Source of the DNA: a virus
Lineage: Duplodnaviria > Caudoviricetes
Direction: 5' to 3' (one strand)
Length of the DNA: 44,209 nucleotides
Virus record (IMG/VR): IMGVR_UViG_3300005662_000076
Location: 1-44,209 of that record
The notes under the pieces were generated by a model, which saw only the letters and a list, made by a program, of their open reading frames with translations, did no database searches and was not told the DNA's origin. A program made the translations under genes and the position numbers. Positions 43,501 through 44,209 of the stretch are shown one piece after another. Every line of letters begins with the position of its first letter. Position 1 is the first letter of the stretch.

Positions 43501-44209
43501 ACCAATAATTTTAGAAGTTAATTTTGCAATAAATTTAACTTGTTTAGGGAATACCGTCGTTAATGTGATAATTCCAAGTTTTAGTACATTCCAGGTATTG
43601 GTAAGTCCCTTTCCAATATCCTTGAACATTCCAATAATAATTGGTGCATTCTTTAAAAGAATATTAATTAAACTTCCTACTAAAACATTTAATAAGAAGT
43701 TTTTAATCATATCAAAGAGACCAACTTGGGGCGCAGTGATACCTAATTTTTTCTTCTTTTTAGTATCCTTTTTCTCAAGATCTTTTTCTTGCTCCTCAGA
43801 TTTTTTCTTTCTTGCCTCTAGATATCTTTGACGATCTTCTTGTTTTTGATTTAGTAGTTTTTCAGTTGATATTTCTTTTACTTTTATAAAATCAACTTTG
43901 ATTTCCTCTAACTCTTTTAGAATTTCTTCACGAATATTTGACTTAATAATTGCACCACCCTTTCCACCATCACCAGACTTTCTTTCTTCAGCAGTTTTAA
44001 CTAAAGCGCCTTTAGATTGTTTTACTATTGCTGAAGATTTTTTTAAAATTAATCCACCACCTTTCTTGATTTTACTACCAGCATTTTTAGTCTTAGCAAG
44101 AAGTTTATTGGTGGATATTCTCTTTTTCTTGTCTTTTACTCTATCTTTAGTAATTTGAACAAGTGCTCCAGGAGCACCTCTGAGAGCAAGTGAACCAGCA
44201 GACCTAGCT
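40591..44209 (-). CDS. tape-measure/baseplate-associated protein with lysozyme-like, M23 and M15 peptidase domains; 5' end outside window
   Basis: frame stays open from 43710 to the window edge (checked by hand); LIAGKESGGNY...GKYQ...QEFASLP; HMGVD...HLHWE; RS...SLH...AMD...HFE. Confidence 0.85.
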   Translation of the reverse strand, partial: ARSAGSLALRGAPGALVQITKDRVKDKKKRISTNKLLAKTKNAGSKIKKGGGLILKKSSAIVKQSKGALVKTAEERKSGDGGKGGAIIKSNIREEILKELEEIKVDFIKVKEISTEKLLNQKQEDRQRYLEARKKKSEEQEKDLEKKDTKKKKKLGITAPQVGLFDMIKNFLLNVLVGSLINILLKNAPIIIGMFKDIGKGLTNTWNVLKLGIITLTTVFPKQVKFIAKLTSKIIGPPAKLIGKLLLKAGRIAGNLFKKAGGVIFNLIKGPLSSLVKRVGGEALEQGVKTTTKGAAKFAGKAVGAASSALKSPAAAKIIKRLKSFSKIFKRVPVIGALIGIGIDLALGEKLDRAIVGAIGASLGAGIGGAIGQGLIPIPVVGAAVGGFVGAGIGEWAGKKIYENLTGRVAEADKENPIERRAFGGSINVRGGSSRSLPRSNSAVQRKTTTTAALSQQTLNRAKGTILKDEESAKRFANLSSAYGAIPFVGEAMRLGLDISLGERVSKSRTDAIAESIGSSIGMALKNEEFSVPGFNKRIIGEFSKNLTTWAKRKIFISVKSQENQFKSLQEKKKQEEEKKGGPEGGGGDGTSAPSGGVSEGQWGPLLDLIAGKESGGNYEAMYPSTTLKGATKMTIAEVARIATGAVGKYQQLPQYLLSRAKAAGLNPDKDLYSPKNQDLIITKVNIEGNRGGRRWLKGEMSDERFMQGLSQEFASLPNAQGKFYYPGQRSSMTPEKIRSALAKVKGGGNIPRDIASKLTGNDGKKGGGNGINRHIIPFLAMGGNHTVTSSMGLRNFALSPGMHMGVDIAGTRGESLQAFTDGVVEATGYDGGYGNWVNWIDNKGIGHFYGHMDKKASVKAGQKVKKGTILGPLGNTGKSSGPHLHWEAATNPRDNGMPKNNVLSRFNPLSRYNKESPFGGSIQPDPSSASSDIASSSSTPGSSQPKFAKSFIEVIGDPSAGKGGRGGGNGIIPTKGIWDTGPGFTIQGAKDEQGRPVVFSKGAAEAFAKMMKDSGGKVRASDVSSSKRSPEKNRAVGGAGRSLHMSGIAMDIHGGSNSWIRANGRNYGWIANDYPGSHGGHFEFKGAGLAPSGTDSPASDSGSSSSSPGSSTPLEKPKRKLEFIEVIGDPSVNKSITEDISQTPSYNKSGQSLIIMQGSGGNSMPPVRVKARSGASAGMSGDGSLVNSYGMVSRQIISSSMYKL

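Noticed and set aside
43708-43710. ATG 43710 as start of the muralytic tail protein
   Set aside because: The frame has no stop up to the window edge, so the true start is probably outside the window
22495-44158. Many plus-strand ORFs within the structural genes
   Set aside because: Antisense shadows of S/T/G/V-rich genes with no independent signals
1-44209. Stop-codon reassignment, integrase or transposase
   Set aside because: Long genes translate intact with the standard code, TAA, TGA and TAG all end genes, and no recombinase motifs were recognised

Overview
A 44-kb segment of a T4-like cyanomyovirus (Kyanoviridae-type) genome. The assignment rests on a phage-type CP12, a gp5-like baseplate hub, cyanophage-style tail-fibre repeats, T4-type late promoters and a peptide deformylase. 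Every credible gene is on the minus strand. Right half (about 20.1-44.2 kb): late tail/baseplate module, with a protein carrying three muralytic domains (truncated by the window edge), a gp27-like hub, CP12, gp5, two paralogous spike-associated proteins and three large fibre/structural proteins. It is interrupted by an accessory island (31.2-34.5 kb) with a Mom-like DNA-modification gene, 2OG-Fe(II) oxygenases and tRNA-Thr(UGU). Left half (1-20 kb): hypervariable early region of small ORFs under sigma70-like promoters, 11 of which carry a 22-bp palindromic box at fixed spacing, several with a terminator nested inside. It holds def, a Zn-deaminase, an HNH nuclease, a putative Type II R-M pair and acidic DNA-mimic candidates. 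It also holds an unusual cluster: a split, permuted gamma-type methyltransferase, a ParB-like protein and a Type ISP-like helicase. The largest non-coding stretch (about 0.9-1.5 kb) has 13 ATCTAG repeats, an AT-rich core, back-to-back promoters and a 90-nt G-free tract, and is a candidate origin or regulatory RNA locus. All functional calls come from motif recognition by eye; no database search was run.
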